Shown piece by piece: positions 35,127-35,381 of a DNA stretch of 35,381 nucleotides. The position numbers and the translations under genes were made by a program. Below the pieces are notes generated by a model. That model did not search any database, was not told the origin of the DNA, and was given only the letters and a program-made list of their open reading frames with translations. The stretch's first letter is position 1. The number at the start of each line of letters is the position of its first letter. Source of the stretch: a virus (taxonomy: Duplodnaviria; Caudoviricetes); IMG/VR virus record IMGVR_UViG_3300030372_003937, positions 1-35,381 of that record, one strand, 5' to 3'.

Positions 35127-35381
35127 CTAATCAATGTAACCTTTAACAATCACGCCATTACCATAATGACGCACGCCACCCAGTATGGACTCTTCCGTAT
35201 TCACCCAGTTGTACTGGGCGTTCGCCAAAAACACCGCCTTGGCAAAACCTCTCGGTGTAGCTGAACGGATGTTCTTGGTTCTCTGGGATTTGCCTCCTGT
35301 CTTTCCAGCAACAGGAGAATAGTTCTTACCCTTCTTGGGATCCTTGCGGTCATAAACCATTGTCTCATGAGCCACGGCATT
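35127..35381 (-). CDS. 3' end of a probable second phage cytosine methylase-like gene (truncated by window)
   Basis: Frame is open to the window edge; GGKSQRTKNIRSATPRGFAKAVF resembles the C-terminus I recall from phage proteins annotated as Dcm-like methylases. Confidence 0.55.
   Translation of the reverse strand, partial: NAVAHETMVYDRKDPKKGKNYSPVAGKTGGKSQRTKNIRSATPRGFAKAVFLANAQYNWVNTEESILGGVRHYGNGVIVKGYID

Noticed and set aside
1-35381. tRNA, rRNA, integrase/att site, intron or intein
   Set aside because: Intergenic gaps are too short or otherwise explained, and no cloverleaf, recombinase or splicing motifs were recognised by eye. tRNAscan and HMM searches were not run.

Overview
This 35.4-kb window comes from an AT-rich dsDNA tailed phage. 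Gene content suggests a short-tailed (podovirus-like) marine-type phage, probably of a proteobacterial host (host is inference). Positions 1-21976 (+) form one tightly coupled late operon: scaffold C-terminus, capsid decoration protein, Mu-gpT-like major capsid protein, head-tail adaptors, tail fibre and chaperone, P22 gp10-like nozzle, large ejection proteins, an M15 endolysin and two accessory genes. Positions 21969-29062 (-) are a replication operon: family A polymerase (Leu762 type), DUF6378, UvrD-like helicase, Zn-ribbon micro-ORF, AEP primase and SSB-like protein. A divergent promoter leads to a + block with an SNF2 helicase and RHH/HTH regulators. The right end (-) is a modification island with a SleB-like hydrolase, a SET-domain protein, a PAPS-reductase-like protein and two cytosine-methyltransferase-like genes. 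The most striking feature is a C5-methyltransferase apparently split across two reading frames of the same DNA. A 250-aa +1-frame gene with its own Shine-Dalgarno lies entirely inside the MTase gene and supplies the missing motif IX plus repeated WPTP modules, and the cassette is bracketed by two paralogous ~46-aa micro-ORFs. Also notable are a double-pseudoknot RNA element after the capsid gene, a signal-less beta-barrel-like gene flanked by an exact 20-bp repeat, and a domain nested inside a copy of itself in the nozzle protein. No integrase, tRNA, CRISPR array or reverse transcriptase was seen. All family assignments are from motif recognition by eye; no database search was run.
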